Shown: positions 39,031 to 50,388 of the stretch, one piece after another
Numbering within the stretch: the stretch's first letter is position 1
How the letters are laid out: the number at the start of each line of letters is the position of its first letter
Assembly: GCA_902785785.1 (NCBI GenBank)
Contig: CADAAA010000006.1
Location: forward strand, 38,867 to 102,866
DNA from: an uncultured Bacteroidia bacterium
GTDB taxonomy: Bacteria; Bacteroidota; Bacteroidia; Bacteroidales; UBA932
Direction of reading: 5' to 3'
Length of the DNA: 64,000 bases
Notes under the pieces: generated by a model
What the model was told of the DNA's origin: nothing
The model's input: only the letters and a program-made list of their open reading frames with translations
Databases searched by the model: none
Position numbers and translations under genes: made by a program

Positions 39031-42000
39031 TTACTTCTTGGAGGATTTCTTGGTGGCTTCCACCTTCTTGGCCTTGCTGAGGGTAGCGTCGTACATGATA
39101 GGAGTACCGATCATGATGGAAGCGTAGGTACCGATAAGGACACCGAGGCAGAGGGCGACGGAGAGACCCCTGATGGACTCGCCTCCGAAGAACGCGATGG
39201 CAAGCATAGGGAGGAGGGTCGAGACGGAGGTGTTGACCGTACGGGTGAGGGTGGCGTTCAGCGAAGAGTTGACGGTCTCCTTGAAGTCGGCGTTGGGATG
39301 CAGGCCGAGATTCTCGCGGATACGGTCGAAGATAACCACGTTGTCGTTGATGGCGTATCCGATGATGGTCAGGATAGCCGCGATGAACGTCTGGTCCACG
39401 TCAAGGTTGAACGGCAGGATACCCGTGAACAGGGAGAAGAAGCCGATGATGATGATGGCGGTGTGGGCAAGCGACACGACGCCGCCGAGACCCCAGGTCC
39501 AGCCCTTGAACCTCCACGCGATGTAGGCGAAGATGATGAGGAGGGCGAGGATCACGGAGATGACTGCGGAGCGCTTGATGTCGCTGGCGATGGAAGCGCC
39601 GACCTTGTCGGAGGAGATGATACCGTTGGGGTTGTTGGCGGTATCGACGAAGTCCTCGAAGGTGATGTTCTGGGAATAGAGGCCCTTGAGACCGTCGAAG
39701 ATCATGCGCTCGATCTCGGCATCCACGGTGGATGACTCATCGTCGACCTTGTAGGAAGTCGTGATCTTCATCTGGGACTCGCCGCCGAACTGCTTGACCT
39801 CGACGGAGGACTCGGGATCGGCTGCGTTGAACACGCTCTCGGCAGCGGAACGGACGTCCTCAGCGGTGACAGGCTGGTCGAAGCGTACGACATAGGTACG
39901 GCCTCCGGTGAAGTCTACACCATAGGTGAAGCCCTTGATGAAGATGCTCAGGAGGGCGATCAGGATGAGGGCACCGGAGATGATATAGGAATACTTGCGC
40001 TTTCCGAGGAAATCGACGTGGGTATTCTTGAGGAAGTTCTTGGACCACTCCCACTCGAAAGTGATGTTCTTGCCCTTCTTCAGCCTGTCGTCGATGACCA
40101 GACGAGTGATGAAGATAGAGGTAAGGACGGAGGTGATGATACCGATGATGAGCGTGGTGGCGAAGCCCTTGATAGGACCGGAACCGAAGAAGAACAGCAC
40201 GAGACCGGTGAGGAGGGTGGTCACCTGACCGTCGATGATGGCGGAGTAAGCGTTGCGGTAACCGTCCTGGACGGCCTTGCCGATGCCCTTGCCGGCCTTG
40301 AGCTCTTCCTTGATGCGCTCATAGATAATAACGTTGGCATCCACAGCCATACCCAACGTCAAGACCAAACCGGCGATACCGGGCAGGGTAAGGACCGCTC
40401 CGAACGATGCGAGGGTACCGAAGAGGAGAAGGACGTTGGTGAGCAATGCGAAGTCAGCCACGAGACCGGCTCCCTTGTAGAAGAGAACCATGTACACGAG
40501 CACCAGGAGGAATGCTATCAGGAATGAGATGAGACCCTTGCGGATCGACTCGGCACCGAGGGAAGGACCGACGACCTGCTCCTGGACGATGGTGGCGGGA
40601 GCCGGGAGCTTACCGGACTTGAGGACGTTGGTAAGGTCGGTGGCCTCCTCGACGGAGAAGTTGCCGGTGATGGAGGAGGAACCTCCGGTGATCTCAGTCT
40701 GGACGGTAGGATAGGAATACACGGTACCGTCGAGGACGATGGCGACCTGGCGGCCGATGTTGTCCTTGGTGATGCGGGCCCAGGTGTTGGCGCCCTCGGC
40801 GTTCATGGTCATGGAGACGCCAGGGGTACCGGCACCACGGCGGCTGTCGTAGTCGACGCGGGCGTCGGTGACGACGGAACCGTCGAGAGGAGCCTTGCCG
40901 TCACGGGAAGAAGCCTTGATGGCGACGAGCTCGTAGACGTTGTCACCGGCTACGTACTCGGTAGGCTTGACAGACCACATGCCCTTGAACTCCGGAGGGA
41001 AGATCTCGGCGACCTGCGGCATGGCAAGGTAGCGGTTGACGGTAGCGGTGTCGATGGCGTTGGCGAAGCCGATGCAGGCGTTGCCGCGCATCTGGGAAGG
41101 ATTGAGGATGGAGAAGAGAGGATTGGCCTTCTTGAAGGCATCCAGCTCTGCATCGCTGCCTTCCTGCTGGGCAAGCTCCTGGGCTACGATGTCCTCGGCC
41201 TGTCCTTCCTCAGCCTCACCCTCGGCGGCCTCGGCAGCCGGGGTCTCGTCGGAAAGGATCTGGGCAAGGAGGTTGTTGGCCTCGACCATGTAAGGATAGA
41301 TCTCGGAATACTCGAAAGTGGTCCAGAACTCGAGGGAAGCGGTGCCCTGGAGGAGTTTGCGGACGCGCTCGGGCTCCTTGACACCAGGGAGTTCGACGAG
41401 GATGCGGCCGGTGTTGCCGATCTTCTGGATCGAAGGCTGGGTGACACCGAAACGGTCGATACGGTTGCGGAGAACGTTGAAGGAGTTGGCGACTGCGCTC
41501 TCGGCCTCGGTCTGGATGACGTTGAGGACCTCGGCGTCGGTGGACTCGGGCTTGATCTGGTCACGCATCTCGTAGGTACCGAAGATCTGTGCGAGCCTCT
41601 GGCCGCCGGAAACCTCGTTCCAAGCCTCTCCGAAGAGGGTGATGAAGTCGGAAGTGGAATTCACGCTGCGCTCCTTGGCGAGGGCGAGGGCCCTGTTGAA
41701 CTCAGGGGTCTGGTTCTCGCCGGCGAGAGCCTTAACGAGGTCCTCGAGCTGAACCTGCAGCATGACGTTCATACCGCCCTTGAGGTCAAGGCCAAGGTTG
41801 ATCTCCTTGGACTTTACATCCTTGAACTTATAACCGAAATAAACCTTCTCGGAAGAGATGGAATCAGTGTACCACCTGTTCTGGTTTTTCCTGATGGAAT
41901 CGAGATAGTAAGCTCTCTCCGCCTCGGGAACCTTGTCGAATGCAGCTGAATTCATGACTGCGACGGCAGCTTTCTCGGCATACTTGTCGGCCTTCTTTTC

Positions 42001-42093
42001 CTGGAGACGGGTCACCAGGGTAAAGGAAAGCTGCCAACAGCATGCTATGGCAAGAAGAATAGCTACAAGCCTGATAGCGCCTTTACTTTGCAT
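39031..42093 (-). CDS. secDF: Protein translocase subunit SecDF
   Basis: NLGLDLKGG, RIDRFGVTQP, VGPSLG, GMAVDANVII.ERIKEE, GVDFTGGR, GYAINDNVVIFDRIRE. Confidence 0.97.
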   Translation of the reverse strand: MQSKGAIRLVAILLAIACCWQLSFTLVTRLQEKKADKYAEKAAVAVMNSAAFDKVPEAERAYYLDSIRKNQNRWYTDSISSEKVYFGYKFKDVKSKEINLGLDLKGGMNVMLQVQLEDLVKALAGENQTPEFNRALALAKERSVNSTSDFITLFGEAWNEVSGGQRLAQIFGTYEMRDQIKPESTDAEVLNVIQTEAESAVANSFNVLRNRIDRFGVTQPSIQKIGNTGRILVELPGVKEPERVRKLLQGTASLEFWTTFEYSEIYPYMVEANNLLAQILSDETPAAEAAEGEAEEGQAEDIVAQELAQQEGSDAELDAFKKANPLFSILNPSQMRGNACIGFANAIDTATVNRYLAMPQVAEIFPPEFKGMWSVKPTEYVAGDNVYELVAIKASSRDGKAPLDGSVVTDARVDYDSRRGAGTPGVSMTMNAEGANTWARITKDNIGRQVAIVLDGTVYSYPTVQTEITGGSSSITGNFSVEEATDLTNVLKSGKLPAPATIVQEQVVGPSLGAESIRKGLISFLIAFLLVLVYMVLFYKGAGLVADFALLTNVLLLFGTLASFGAVLTLPGIAGLVLTLGMAVDANVIIYERIKEELKAGKGIGKAVQDGYRNAYSAIIDGQVTTLLTGLVLFFFGSGPIKGFATTLIIGIITSVLTSIFITRLVIDDRLKKGKNITFEWEWSKNFLKNTHVDFLGKRKYSYIISGALILIALLSIFIKGFTYGVDFTGGRTYVVRFDQPVTAEDVRSAAESVFNAADPESSVEVKQFGGESQMKITTSYKVDDESSTVDAEIERMIFDGLKGLYSQNITFEDFVDTANNPNGIISSDKVGASIASDIKRSAVISVILALLIIFAYIAWRFKGWTWGLGGVVSLAHTAIIIIGFFSLFTGILPFNLDVDQTFIAAILTIIGYAINDNVVIFDRIRENLGLHPNADFKETVNSSLNATLTRTVNTSVSTLLPMLAIAFFGGESIRGLSVALCLGVLIGTYASIMIGTPIMYDATLSKAKKVEATKKSSKK

Positions 42094-42245
42094 AATCTTT
42101 ACTATTAATATTTAATTGTTTGCACGATTAAAAAGGTGGCGTTTTGCGCCACTTACTCAAAATAGGCCACAAATTTACTATTTTTTTCTTAGAAAGAAAC
42201 TTTCTTCCAAGGAATTCTTATTTTTGTAGGACGTTTTGACCATTA

Positions 42246-43718
42246 ATGCGAGTGATCGACCTGCGTATTTTCAGAGTATCCGCGCTGGCATGCATAGTAT
42301 TGCTGGCCTGGTCGGGCATCGCCCGCGCCCAGACGGACACGTTGTCCGTCCCGGCGGGCCCGACCGCCCAGGAGATCCTGATGGGCAAGGTGGATTCGCT
42401 CCGCAAGGCGATGTCGCAGGCCCCGGACCGCCGCCGCAGGGACATCGCCCGCAGGATCGCGGCGGCGGACTCCCTCTGCCTCCAGTATGATTTCCCCGCA
42501 GCGGCCGACCTGCTCGGCAATGCCGCGGCGGAAGCCGACTCGTCGACATCCCGCGACATCGAAACTGCCCTTCTGCGCGCGCAGGCAGGTATAAGGATGA
42601 TGGCGCGCGTGTCGCAGGTGCGCGTGAAAGCGCAGAAACGCATATCGCTGGACGACCTCTTCCGGATGTTCCCCGAGACGGTAAGGACCGAAGAGACGCG
42701 TTTCCATGTAGCCGGGGCGGACTCCCACACCCTCTATTTCTCAGCCAAAGACCGCACAGGAGCCGGCGGATACGACCTGTATGTCTCACGGCGCAATCCA
42801 GTGACGGGGCGTTGGAGCGAGTCGGTCAACATGGGATTCCCCTACTCCTCGCCATACAACGACTACCTGTATGCCGATGCCGGCGACGGGAAGCATTCAG
42901 TGCTGGTATCCGACAGGGGCTGCCCGGAAGACAGCGTGAACGTATATGTCTTTGTCTACGACCCCGTTCCGCCCAAACATTCGGTCGCGGACGCGCGCCA
43001 GATGCGCGCCATCGCGGAGCTGGAGCCTGCCACAGGCAGGCGCGCCCCGCGCCGCACGCGCGCGAATGTGGACATGAGCACCTATACTGCCGCTTCGGCC
43101 ACTGTGCGTGCGCTCAGGGATTCCGTTTCAGCGTCCAACCGCGAGCTGAACGCCCTCAGGGCCGGCCTCGAAGAGATTGCGGAAGGGGACCGTGAAGCCT
43201 ATGCCGCCAGGATAACTGCCAAGGAAAAGGATATGGAAGGACTGCGCGGAAGGCTTGACGCTGCGTCCAGGGACCTTCAGGAGATAGAGCAGCTGTTCCT
43301 TTCCGGGAACATGACTCCGGGCGTAGCCCTGCTCCAGCTGCCGCAGGCTTCGGCAGCGGACAGCACGGCAGCGAAACTATTCCTGGCGGAAGTGGATGAC
43401 AAGGCAGTGATGATGGTCTCCGAAGGCGGCGCCGGCATGCCGGATATCGTACTCCCGAGAGGCGTTTTCGCCGACTATGTGGAATTCCCGAAAACACCTT
43501 CAATCCGGATACAGGCTGTCATCGACGAGGAAGAAACCCTCCCTCCCCTGGCCATGACCGTCATACGGCTCCATACCGGTTCGGCTCCGGAAATAGTTGA
43601 AAACGAAGACTCCACAGTCTTTACTTCAGCCCCGGTCAACAGCCGCGTCAAGGCCGAATCCCTGATGATGGCCCTACGTGCAACCGGAGTGTCCGATATT
43701 TCCCTTTTGGAAGACTAA
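42246..43718 (+). CDS. Hypothetical secreted protein with PD40/TolB-like repeats and coiled coil
   Basis: Signal peptide; LYFS..R..GAGGYDLYVSR...W....NMGFPY.SPYND pattern. Confidence 0.65.
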   Translation: MRVIDLRIFRVSALACIVLLAWSGIARAQTDTLSVPAGPTAQEILMGKVDSLRKAMSQAPDRRRRDIARRIAAADSLCLQYDFPAAADLLGNAAAEADSSTSRDIETALLRAQAGIRMMARVSQVRVKAQKRISLDDLFRMFPETVRTEETRFHVAGADSHTLYFSAKDRTGAGGYDLYVSRRNPVTGRWSESVNMGFPYSSPYNDYLYADAGDGKHSVLVSDRGCPEDSVNVYVFVYDPVPPKHSVADARQMRAIAELEPATGRRAPRRTRANVDMSTYTAASATVRALRDSVSASNRELNALRAGLEEIAEGDREAYAARITAKEKDMEGLRGRLDAASRDLQEIEQLFLSGNMTPGVALLQLPQASAADSTAAKLFLAEVDDKAVMMVSEGGAGMPDIVLPRGVFADYVEFPKTPSIRIQAVIDEEETLPPLAMTVIRLHTGSAPEIVENEDSTVFTSAPVNSRVKAESLMMALRATGVSDISLLED

Positions 43719-45022
43719 CCTCTCTTGATACTGGCGCCAAGTGCGTTCAGGCGGACATCGATATCCTCGTATCCGCGGTCTATCTGTTCGATATTGTCGA
43801 TCACGGACGTGCCCTTGGCCGACATGGCCGCGAGCAGCATGGCGATACCAGCACGGATGTCGGGCGATGTCATATTGTTCGCGCGCAGCCTGAAACGGTG
43901 GTCGTGACCTATCACGACAGCCCTGTGCGGATCGCACAGGATGATCTGCGCGCCCATGTCGATAAGCTTGTCGACGAAGAACAGACGGCTCTCGAACATC
44001 TTCTGGTGGATGAGGACGCTGCCCTTGCACTGCGTCGCCACGACGAGCATGACGCTGAGAAGGTCAGGTGTAAGACCCGGCCAGGGAGCATCGGCGAGGG
44101 TCATGATGGACCCGTCTATGAATGACTCGATCTCGTAAGACTCCTGCTCGGGGACGAAGATGTCGTCCCCCCTCTGTTCGAGCTTGACTCCGAGCCTGCG
44201 GAAGCACTCCGGGATGATGCCCAAGTCCTTGTACGAGACATCCTTGATGGTCAACGGCGACTGGCAGATGGCGGCCATCCCGATGAAGCTGCCGACTTCG
44301 ATCATGTCCGGTAGGATGCGGTGCTCCGCCCCGTGGAGCTCTTTCACACCAGTGATGGTGAGGAGGTTGGAGCCGATGCCGTCAATCTTGGCGCCCATGG
44401 CGGTGAGCAGGCGGCAGAGCTGCTGCACGTAAGGCTCGCAGGCGGCGTTGTATATGGTGGTGACACCCTCGGCGAGCACGGCAGCCATTACGATATTGGC
44501 CGTTCCCGTGACGGAGGCCTCGTCCAGCAGCATGTAACATCCCTTCAGGCCCTGCGGGGCGGAAAGATCGTATGCCCTGACTATGGAATTGTATTCCAGG
44601 GAGGCGCCGAGACGGACCATGCCGTCCAGGTGGGTGTCCACCCTGCGGCGACCGATCTTGTCTCCTCCCGGCTTGGGGAAGAATGCGCGGCCGAAACGAC
44701 TCAGGAGCGGGCCCGCCAGCATGACGGAGCCGCGCAGGGCCGCGCTCTTGCGCACGAACTCTATGCTTCCCACATATTGGGTGTCCACCTCGTCAGCCTG
44801 GAAGGAGTATTCGCCCTTGGCGAGACGGCGTACCTTGACACCCATGCCTTCAAGCATGGCGATCAGGTTCTTGATGTCCAGGATCTCGGGGATGTTGGAA
44901 ATCCTCACCTCCCCCGGGGTCAGGAGAACGGCGCTGATGACCTGCAGGGCCTCATTCTTGGCCCCCTGGGGGACTATCTCCCCGCTCAGTTTGCGGCCTC
45001 CTTCGATTGTGAACGTTGACAT
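43715..45022 (-). CDS. murA: UDP-N-acetylglucosamine 1-carboxyvinyltransferase
   Basis: GAKNEAL, PGGDKIGRR, ASVTGTANI, SPDIRAG, IDRGYE. Confidence 0.96.
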   Translation of the reverse strand: MSTFTIEGGRKLSGEIVPQGAKNEALQVISAVLLTPGEVRISNIPEILDIKNLIAMLEGMGVKVRRLAKGEYSFQADEVDTQYVGSIEFVRKSAALRGSVMLAGPLLSRFGRAFFPKPGGDKIGRRRVDTHLDGMVRLGASLEYNSIVRAYDLSAPQGLKGCYMLLDEASVTGTANIVMAAVLAEGVTTIYNAACEPYVQQLCRLLTAMGAKIDGIGSNLLTITGVKELHGAEHRILPDMIEVGSFIGMAAICQSPLTIKDVSYKDLGIIPECFRRLGVKLEQRGDDIFVPEQESYEIESFIDGSIMTLADAPWPGLTPDLLSVMLVVATQCKGSVLIHQKMFESRLFFVDKLIDMGAQIILCDPHRAVVIGHDHRFRLRANNMTSPDIRAGIAMLLAAMSAKGTSVIDNIEQIDRGYEDIDVRLNALGASIKRG

Positions 45023-45033
45023 GGGCGACAGTA

Positions 45034-46050
45034 TTAGAGATGTTCCACTTCCGGATGGAGTTCCACCCCGAACTTTTCCTTGACGGCTGCAATCACCTGA
45101 TTCTCAAGGGAGACTATCTCCTCCGGAGAGGCGTTTCCACTGAGGTTGACGATGACGAGCGGCTGCTTGTCATAGACGGCGGCGCCGCCGAGCGTCCGGC
45201 CTTTCAGGCCGCAGCGCTCGATCATCCAGGCCGCCGGCACCTTCACCCCTTCAGAGGTATCGTAGTGCGGCACTTTGACGTCAGGACCGGCTTCGGCCTC
45301 GATCCTGGCGAAATGCTCACGGGAGATCACGGGATTCTTGAAGAAGCTGCCGGCGCTGCCGGTCACGGCCGGATCCGGAAGCTTCGCGTTGCGGATCCCG
45401 ATGACGGCACGGCGCACGTCGTCCGGCAGCGCCGGCAGGACGCCGTCGAGCGCCGCGCGTATATTGCCGTAGTCGAGCTTCGGGCTGTATTTGCGTGAAA
45501 GGCGGAAAAGTACGCTCGTGACTATGTAACGTCCTTTACCCTCTTCCTTGAAGAACGATGTGCGGTAACCGTAGCGGCAGTCGGCATTCTCGAAGGTGAC
45601 CATGTCACGGAGCTCGAGGTCGAAGCAGTTCACACGGACGATGACATCCTTTGCTTCCACGCCGTATGCTCCGATGTTCTGGACGGCCGACGCGCCGACT
45701 TCACCGGGGATGAGGGAGAGATTCTCCACGCCCCAGAGGCCCCTGGAGCATGCCCACTCCACGAAGGAGTCGAACACGGCCCCGGCGCCGACCTCGACAA
45801 GCGCTTCATCCTCCTCGAGGCCCATCGGGCGCAGGAACTTGATACCAGAGTGAAGCACAGTCCCCGTCCAGTCGCCGGTAAAGAGGAGGTTGGACCCTGC
45901 GCCCATATGGAAGAGCGGCTTCGGCAGTTCGTCGAAGTCCAGGTTGAAGAGGTCCTCCAGCGAATCGTACTCCACGAAACGCTCACAGGACACCTTCATA
46001 CCGAAAGTGTTCCTGCGGGTCAGGTCCTTATGGTTCTCCGTCCTTATCAC
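45034..46050 (-). CDS. murB: UDP-N-acetylmuramate dehydrogenase
   Basis: NTFGM, GSNLLF, IPGEVGASAVQNIGAYG, GSAGSFFKNP, L.PEV; GTG start inferred. Confidence 0.95.
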   Translation of the reverse strand: MIRTENHKDLTRRNTFGMKVSCERFVEYDSLEDLFNLDFDELPKPLFHMGAGSNLLFTGDWTGTVLHSGIKFLRPMGLEEDEALVEVGAGAVFDSFVEWACSRGLWGVENLSLIPGEVGASAVQNIGAYGVEAKDVIVRVNCFDLELRDMVTFENADCRYGYRTSFFKEEGKGRYIVTSVLFRLSRKYSPKLDYGNIRAALDGVLPALPDDVRRAVIGIRNAKLPDPAVTGSAGSFFKNPVISREHFARIEAEAGPDVKVPHYDTSEGVKVPAAWMIERCGLKGRTLGGAAVYDKQPLVIVNLSGNASPEEIVSLENQVIAAVKEKFGVELHPEVEHL

Positions 46051-46085
46051 GGATACAAATATAATCAAAAATACAAGGAAACCGC

Positions 46086-47291
46086 TCAGTCAAAGATACC
46101 GAGTACCTGAAGACACATGCGGACATCGTGGTAGGGGCACTTCCATTCTCCGGCCTTGTCGGCCAGGAAGCTGGGTTCACCCTCCGCGTCGCAGTACCAC
46201 CACCACTCCCCGCCGTCCCGGTCTACTATACGGTCGGATATGTATCCCCACGCTTTCTGTGCCCGTTCGAATCCCTCTGGTACGGAAAGATACTTCCATG
46301 CCCAGAGGTTGCCGACGACGGACTCCGCCTGTACCCACCAGTGGCGGTCGTTTACGACGGTGCCGTCGGGCTTCACCTCGCAGATCAGGCTGCCGTCGCG
46401 CCGGATGCCTTCGAGTCCGGCGGCATACAGCCGCCGGGCCAGGGCGCGCGCGCGCTCGACCGTCCGGAAATCCCGGACGGCCATGGCGCACTCCTGCGCC
46501 AGCCACGATGTCTCGATGTCATGTCCGAAAGAGACGCCACCCGGTATGACAGTCCAGTCTCGGTCGAAGTACAGCTCCAGATGGCCTGTGGCATGATCAG
46601 TCATCTTGGTTTCGAGTATATCCAGCAGGTTGACCACCCTGTCCCTCAGGACGGGATCCGGCCAGATCCTGTAAAGGTTCGCATACCCCTCCAGCAGATG
46701 GAGATGGGAGTTCATGGTCTTGGCGCAGTTCACGTCACGCGGACTCAGGCGCATGTCCTCAAGCGGTTTGAAATCCCTGCCAAGAGCCTCGATATAGCCC
46801 CCGTGAACGGTGTCGGCAAAGTGCCTTTCGACTATGTAGTAGATATTTATGGCAGCCTTGAGAGCCTCGTCATCCCCCGTCGCCGCAAAGAACTCGGACA
46901 GGGCATAGATGCCGAAAGCCTGTGCATACAGCTGTGCCTTGTCGACCAGTCTCTTCCCTCTTGCATCCAGAGACCAGTATACGCCTCCGTACTTGTGGTC
47001 CATGAAGTGGGAGACAAAGTAATCCTTGGCGTGGACCGCCATGATCAGATGCTCCTTGCGATTGAACCGGCGGTACAGGGCGGAATATGTCCAAAGGATG
47101 CGCGCGTTGAGGACGGCTCCTCGGGGAGCGTCCTCCTGCAGCGTGCCGTCCCCGGTGATACGCCCGAAGAACCCGCCCTGCGGATCCTTCAGCCTCTCCC
47201 AGAAAGGCAGAATGTTGTGTTCCAGGACATCGTGTACGTCCTTCATCATCTTGTCAGCGCCAACAAACAGACCGTTCTCCGCCATACTCAA
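46086..47291 (-). CDS. AGE-family epimerase (cellobiose/mannobiose 2-epimerase-like)
   Basis: LNARILWTYS, YAQAFGIYALSE, KTMNSHLHLLE.Y, GHDIE.SWL, WWVQAE, WKCPYH. Confidence 0.88.
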   Translation of the reverse strand: MSMAENGLFVGADKMMKDVHDVLEHNILPFWERLKDPQGGFFGRITGDGTLQEDAPRGAVLNARILWTYSALYRRFNRKEHLIMAVHAKDYFVSHFMDHKYGGVYWSLDARGKRLVDKAQLYAQAFGIYALSEFFAATGDDEALKAAINIYYIVERHFADTVHGGYIEALGRDFKPLEDMRLSPRDVNCAKTMNSHLHLLEGYANLYRIWPDPVLRDRVVNLLDILETKMTDHATGHLELYFDRDWTVIPGGVSFGHDIETSWLAQECAMAVRDFRTVERARALARRLYAAGLEGIRRDGSLICEVKPDGTVVNDRHWWVQAESVVGNLWAWKYLSVPEGFERAQKAWGYISDRIVDRDGGEWWWYCDAEGEPSFLADKAGEWKCPYHDVRMCLQVLGIFD

Positions 47292-47383
47292 ATAAGGTTT
47301 CAGTTACATCGTAAAGATAATCATTTTTCCCGATTCCCCGAAGCTTTTAGCCATATCTTCCCTATACACTGTCACACTTTCTC

Positions 47384-47494
47384 CGTGGTAACTAAATGTC
47401 TGACGTACAAAGAGTTCCCACAAATGACTACCATTTCCAGAGAGGGGTAGTCAAATATATCAACTTATTAAATATAAAGCAGATACGGACCACG
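47384..47494. repeat. AT-rich ~110 bp imperfect inverted-repeat element with central hairpin
   Basis: CGTGGT/ACCACG ends; central TGACTACC/GGTAGTCA. Confidence 0.45.
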
Positions 47495-47515
47495 TTATGA
47501 CACAATAGTAATGCG

Positions 47516-48535
47516 TCATGAGTCGAGGGAGAGAATAATGCTGATGACTTCGTTGTAGTTGGCGGTGCCGGAGGAGATGCGGTTGCCTTTGAGATAGAGA
47601 TTGTATATCCAGTGCTGGATGCGGCCGACGACAGGACTGTAGAGGTCGTCCCAATGGGCTTGTTCCTCCCGGTATGCCTCGACGACCTCCGGGCGGAGGC
47701 CGGCAGCCCACGCGGCGTACGCCTCCTCCGGGAGCACGCGGGCTGCATTGCTCAGCACATAGGGCAGCAACGCCTGGTAGCCGGCGTAGCGGAATGCCGG
47801 CGAGGCGGAAGCGGTACAGGCTTTCCAAGCCCAGTAGTTGGCCTCCGCCTCACTGCTGACACCCAGCAGATGAGACAGTTCGTGGGCATAGACGAAAGGA
47901 TACTGGAGCGGCAAGACATCGCTGCCAATCTGGATTTCGTTGAAGAAAGGTCCTACGAAACCCATTACACTCACTGCGGAATAGAGGCGGTCGAAGAGGA
48001 GGTGCTTGGGGCGTTGCCAGGCCTTCGGCCGGGCCAGCCCCCAGCGCTCAGGCAAAGCGTCGTAGAACGCTTTGACCTCCCGTTCGAGCGCCGCCGTATC
48101 TATGGATTCAACGGGAACATAACTGCCATTTAAGCCGTCCACATATTCCTTGAGAAATGCTTCGAAACGTTCTGTCTCGAAAGTTGCGGGCCGGACCCCG
48201 GCACGGTCGAAGATGCTGCTGCGGAAATAGTTAAGCCCCCAACATGCATAGAACCAGACTACCACCCACAGGATGATGTTCAGCAGCGGCAGCCAGCGCC
48301 GTCTCAGGCGTGCAAGGCACGCGATGACGGCTACCGCTGCCGCCACGGCCAATATCTCCTCCAGGGAAAACGGCACTAAAGCACTCAGCCGGGACACTGC
48401 TCCGGACAGACGCGGATAGACCGCGGTAGCGTACAGGTCGGCCAGAGCCGTCTGCCTCCGGCAAACGGCAACGCCGGCCAGAGCCGCTCCCGCGACTCCC
48501 GCCGCCACCAGTTGCTTCCTGATCCTCCTTTCCAT
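47516..48535 (-). CDS. DUF3810 domain-containing protein
   Basis: WGLNYFR, GF..PFFNE, PFVYAHELSH.LG..SEAEANY. Confidence 0.85.
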   Translation of the reverse strand: MERRIRKQLVAAGVAGAALAGVAVCRRQTALADLYATAVYPRLSGAVSRLSALVPFSLEEILAVAAAVAVIACLARLRRRWLPLLNIILWVVVWFYACWGLNYFRSSIFDRAGVRPATFETERFEAFLKEYVDGLNGSYVPVESIDTAALEREVKAFYDALPERWGLARPKAWQRPKHLLFDRLYSAVSVMGFVGPFFNEIQIGSDVLPLQYPFVYAHELSHLLGVSSEAEANYWAWKACTASASPAFRYAGYQALLPYVLSNAARVLPEEAYAAWAAGLRPEVVEAYREEQAHWDDLYSPVVGRIQHWIYNLYLKGNRISSGTANYNEVISIILSLDS

Positions 48536-48568
48536 AAAAACAAAATCCCTCCCGGGCGGGGAGGGATT
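48536..48568 (-). terminator. Intrinsic terminator of aspS
   Basis: AATCCCTCC/GGAGGGATT stem followed by a T-rich tail on the minus strand. Confidence 0.7.
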
Positions 48569-48574
48569 GAAAAG

Positions 48575-50341
48575 CTATTCCTTGACGCAGGTCTTGATCT
48601 GCAGTTCCTCGAGCTGGGTGTCGTCGATGAGGGACGGGGAGTCGATCATGACGTCACGGCCCTGGTTGTTCTTCGGGAAGGCGATGTAGTCGCGGATGGT
48701 CTCCTGGCCGCCGAAGAGGGCGCAGACGCGGTCGAAGCCGAAGGCCAGACCGCCGTGGGGCGGGGCGCCGAACTTGAAGGCGTTGATGATGAAGCCGAAC
48801 TTGTACTCGGCCTCCTCCTTGCCGATGCCGAGCACCTCGAACATGCGGCTCTGCATATCGGCGTTGTGGATACGGATGGATCCGCCGCCGAGCTCGGTGC
48901 CGTTCAGGACGAAGTCATAAGCATTGGCGCAGACGCGCTCAAGGTCTTCTTTCTTGTCCGAATAGAACCATTTCTCATGCTCCGGCTTGGGAGCGGTGAA
49001 GGGATGGTGCATCGCGTAGAAGCGGCCATCCTCCTCGCTCCATTCGAGGAGCGGGAAGTCGACGATCCATAGAGGTGCGAAGACCTTCGGGTCGCGGAAT
49101 CCGAGGCGGCTGCCCATCTCGATGCGCAGCACGCCGAGCATGGTCTGCGTCTTGCGCTTGGGACCGCAGAGCACCAGCACGAGGTCGCCGGCCTTGGCCT
49201 CGACGGCCCCGGCGATGCCGGCGAGCTCCTCCGGCGAATAGAACTTGTCCACGCTGGACTTGAAGCTTCCGTCCTCGTTGCACTTGATATAGACCAGGCC
49301 CTTGGCACCCACCTGCGGGCGCTTGACCCACTCGGTGAGGGCGTCCAGCTCCTTGCGGGTGTACCCGGCACATCCGGGAGCGGCGATGGCGCCCACATAT
49401 TCGACGCTGTCGAACACGGAGAATCCGTGACCCTGGACCTTGTCCGTAATCTCATGGATCTTCATGTCAAAACGTACGTCGGGCTTGTCGGATCCGTAGT
49501 AGTCCATGGCGTCATACCAGCTCATGCGCGGAAGCGGATCGGGGATGTCGACGCCGAGGGCGTTCTTGAACATCGAACGCATCATGCCCTCGAACATGTT
49601 CAGGACATCCTCCTGCTCCACGAAACTCATCTCACAGTCGATTTGCGTGAACTCCGGCTGGCGGTCGGCGCGCAGGTCCTCATCGCGGAAGCAGCGCACG
49701 ATCTGAAAATAGCGGTCATAACCCGCGACCATCAACAGCTGCTTGAAGGTCTGAGGCGACTGCGGGAGGGCGTAGAACTGGCCGGGGTTCATACGGGACG
49801 GCACGACGAAGTCGCGCGCTCCCTCCGGGGTGGACTTGATTAGGTAAGGGGTCTCGATTTCCATGAAACCCTGTCCGTCAAGATAGGTGCGGACCTCCTG
49901 GGCGAGGCGGTGGCGAAGGGCCAGGGCGCGCTGGAGCGGAGGCCTGCGAAGGTCGAGATAGCGGTACTTGGCGCGGATGTCCTCGCCACCGTCGCTCTCC
50001 TCCTCGATGGTGAAGGGGGGAGTCACGGATTTGTTCAGGATGTTGATGCTCTCAATAGAGACTTCGACATCGCCTGTGGGCATCTTGGGGTTCTTGCTCT
50101 GGCGCTCGACTACGGTGCCGGTCACCTGGATGACGAACTCGCGACCCAGCGAGGTCGCGGCCTCGACCAGCTCTGCAGGAGCGGCCGCGTCGACGACGAG
50201 CTGGGTGATGCCGTAACGGTCGCGGAGGTCGACGAAGGTCATGCCTCCGAGCTTGCGGGATTTCTGCACCCATCCCGCGAGGGTGACTTTCTTGCCTTGG
50301 TCGGCGAGCCTCAGCTCACCGCAAGTGTGGGTTCTGTACAT
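48575..50341 (-). CDS. aspS: Aspartate--tRNA ligase
   Basis: [60 protein letters not shown]. Confidence 0.97.
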   Translation of the reverse strand: MYRTHTCGELRLADQGKKVTLAGWVQKSRKLGGMTFVDLRDRYGITQLVVDAAAPAELVEAATSLGREFVIQVTGTVVERQSKNPKMPTGDVEVSIESINILNKSVTPPFTIEEESDGGEDIRAKYRYLDLRRPPLQRALALRHRLAQEVRTYLDGQGFMEIETPYLIKSTPEGARDFVVPSRMNPGQFYALPQSPQTFKQLLMVAGYDRYFQIVRCFRDEDLRADRQPEFTQIDCEMSFVEQEDVLNMFEGMMRSMFKNALGVDIPDPLPRMSWYDAMDYYGSDKPDVRFDMKIHEITDKVQGHGFSVFDSVEYVGAIAAPGCAGYTRKELDALTEWVKRPQVGAKGLVYIKCNEDGSFKSSVDKFYSPEELAGIAGAVEAKAGDLVLVLCGPKRKTQTMLGVLRIEMGSRLGFRDPKVFAPLWIVDFPLLEWSEEDGRFYAMHHPFTAPKPEHEKWFYSDKKEDLERVCANAYDFVLNGTELGGGSIRIHNADMQSRMFEVLGIGKEEAEYKFGFIINAFKFGAPPHGGLAFGFDRVCALFGGQETIRDYIAFPKNNQGRDVMIDSPSLIDDTQLEELQIKTCVKE

Positions 50342-50388
50342 ATCTCGAGATACTTTTGTTCTATCCGGCAAATGTAGCAAAATTAAAC

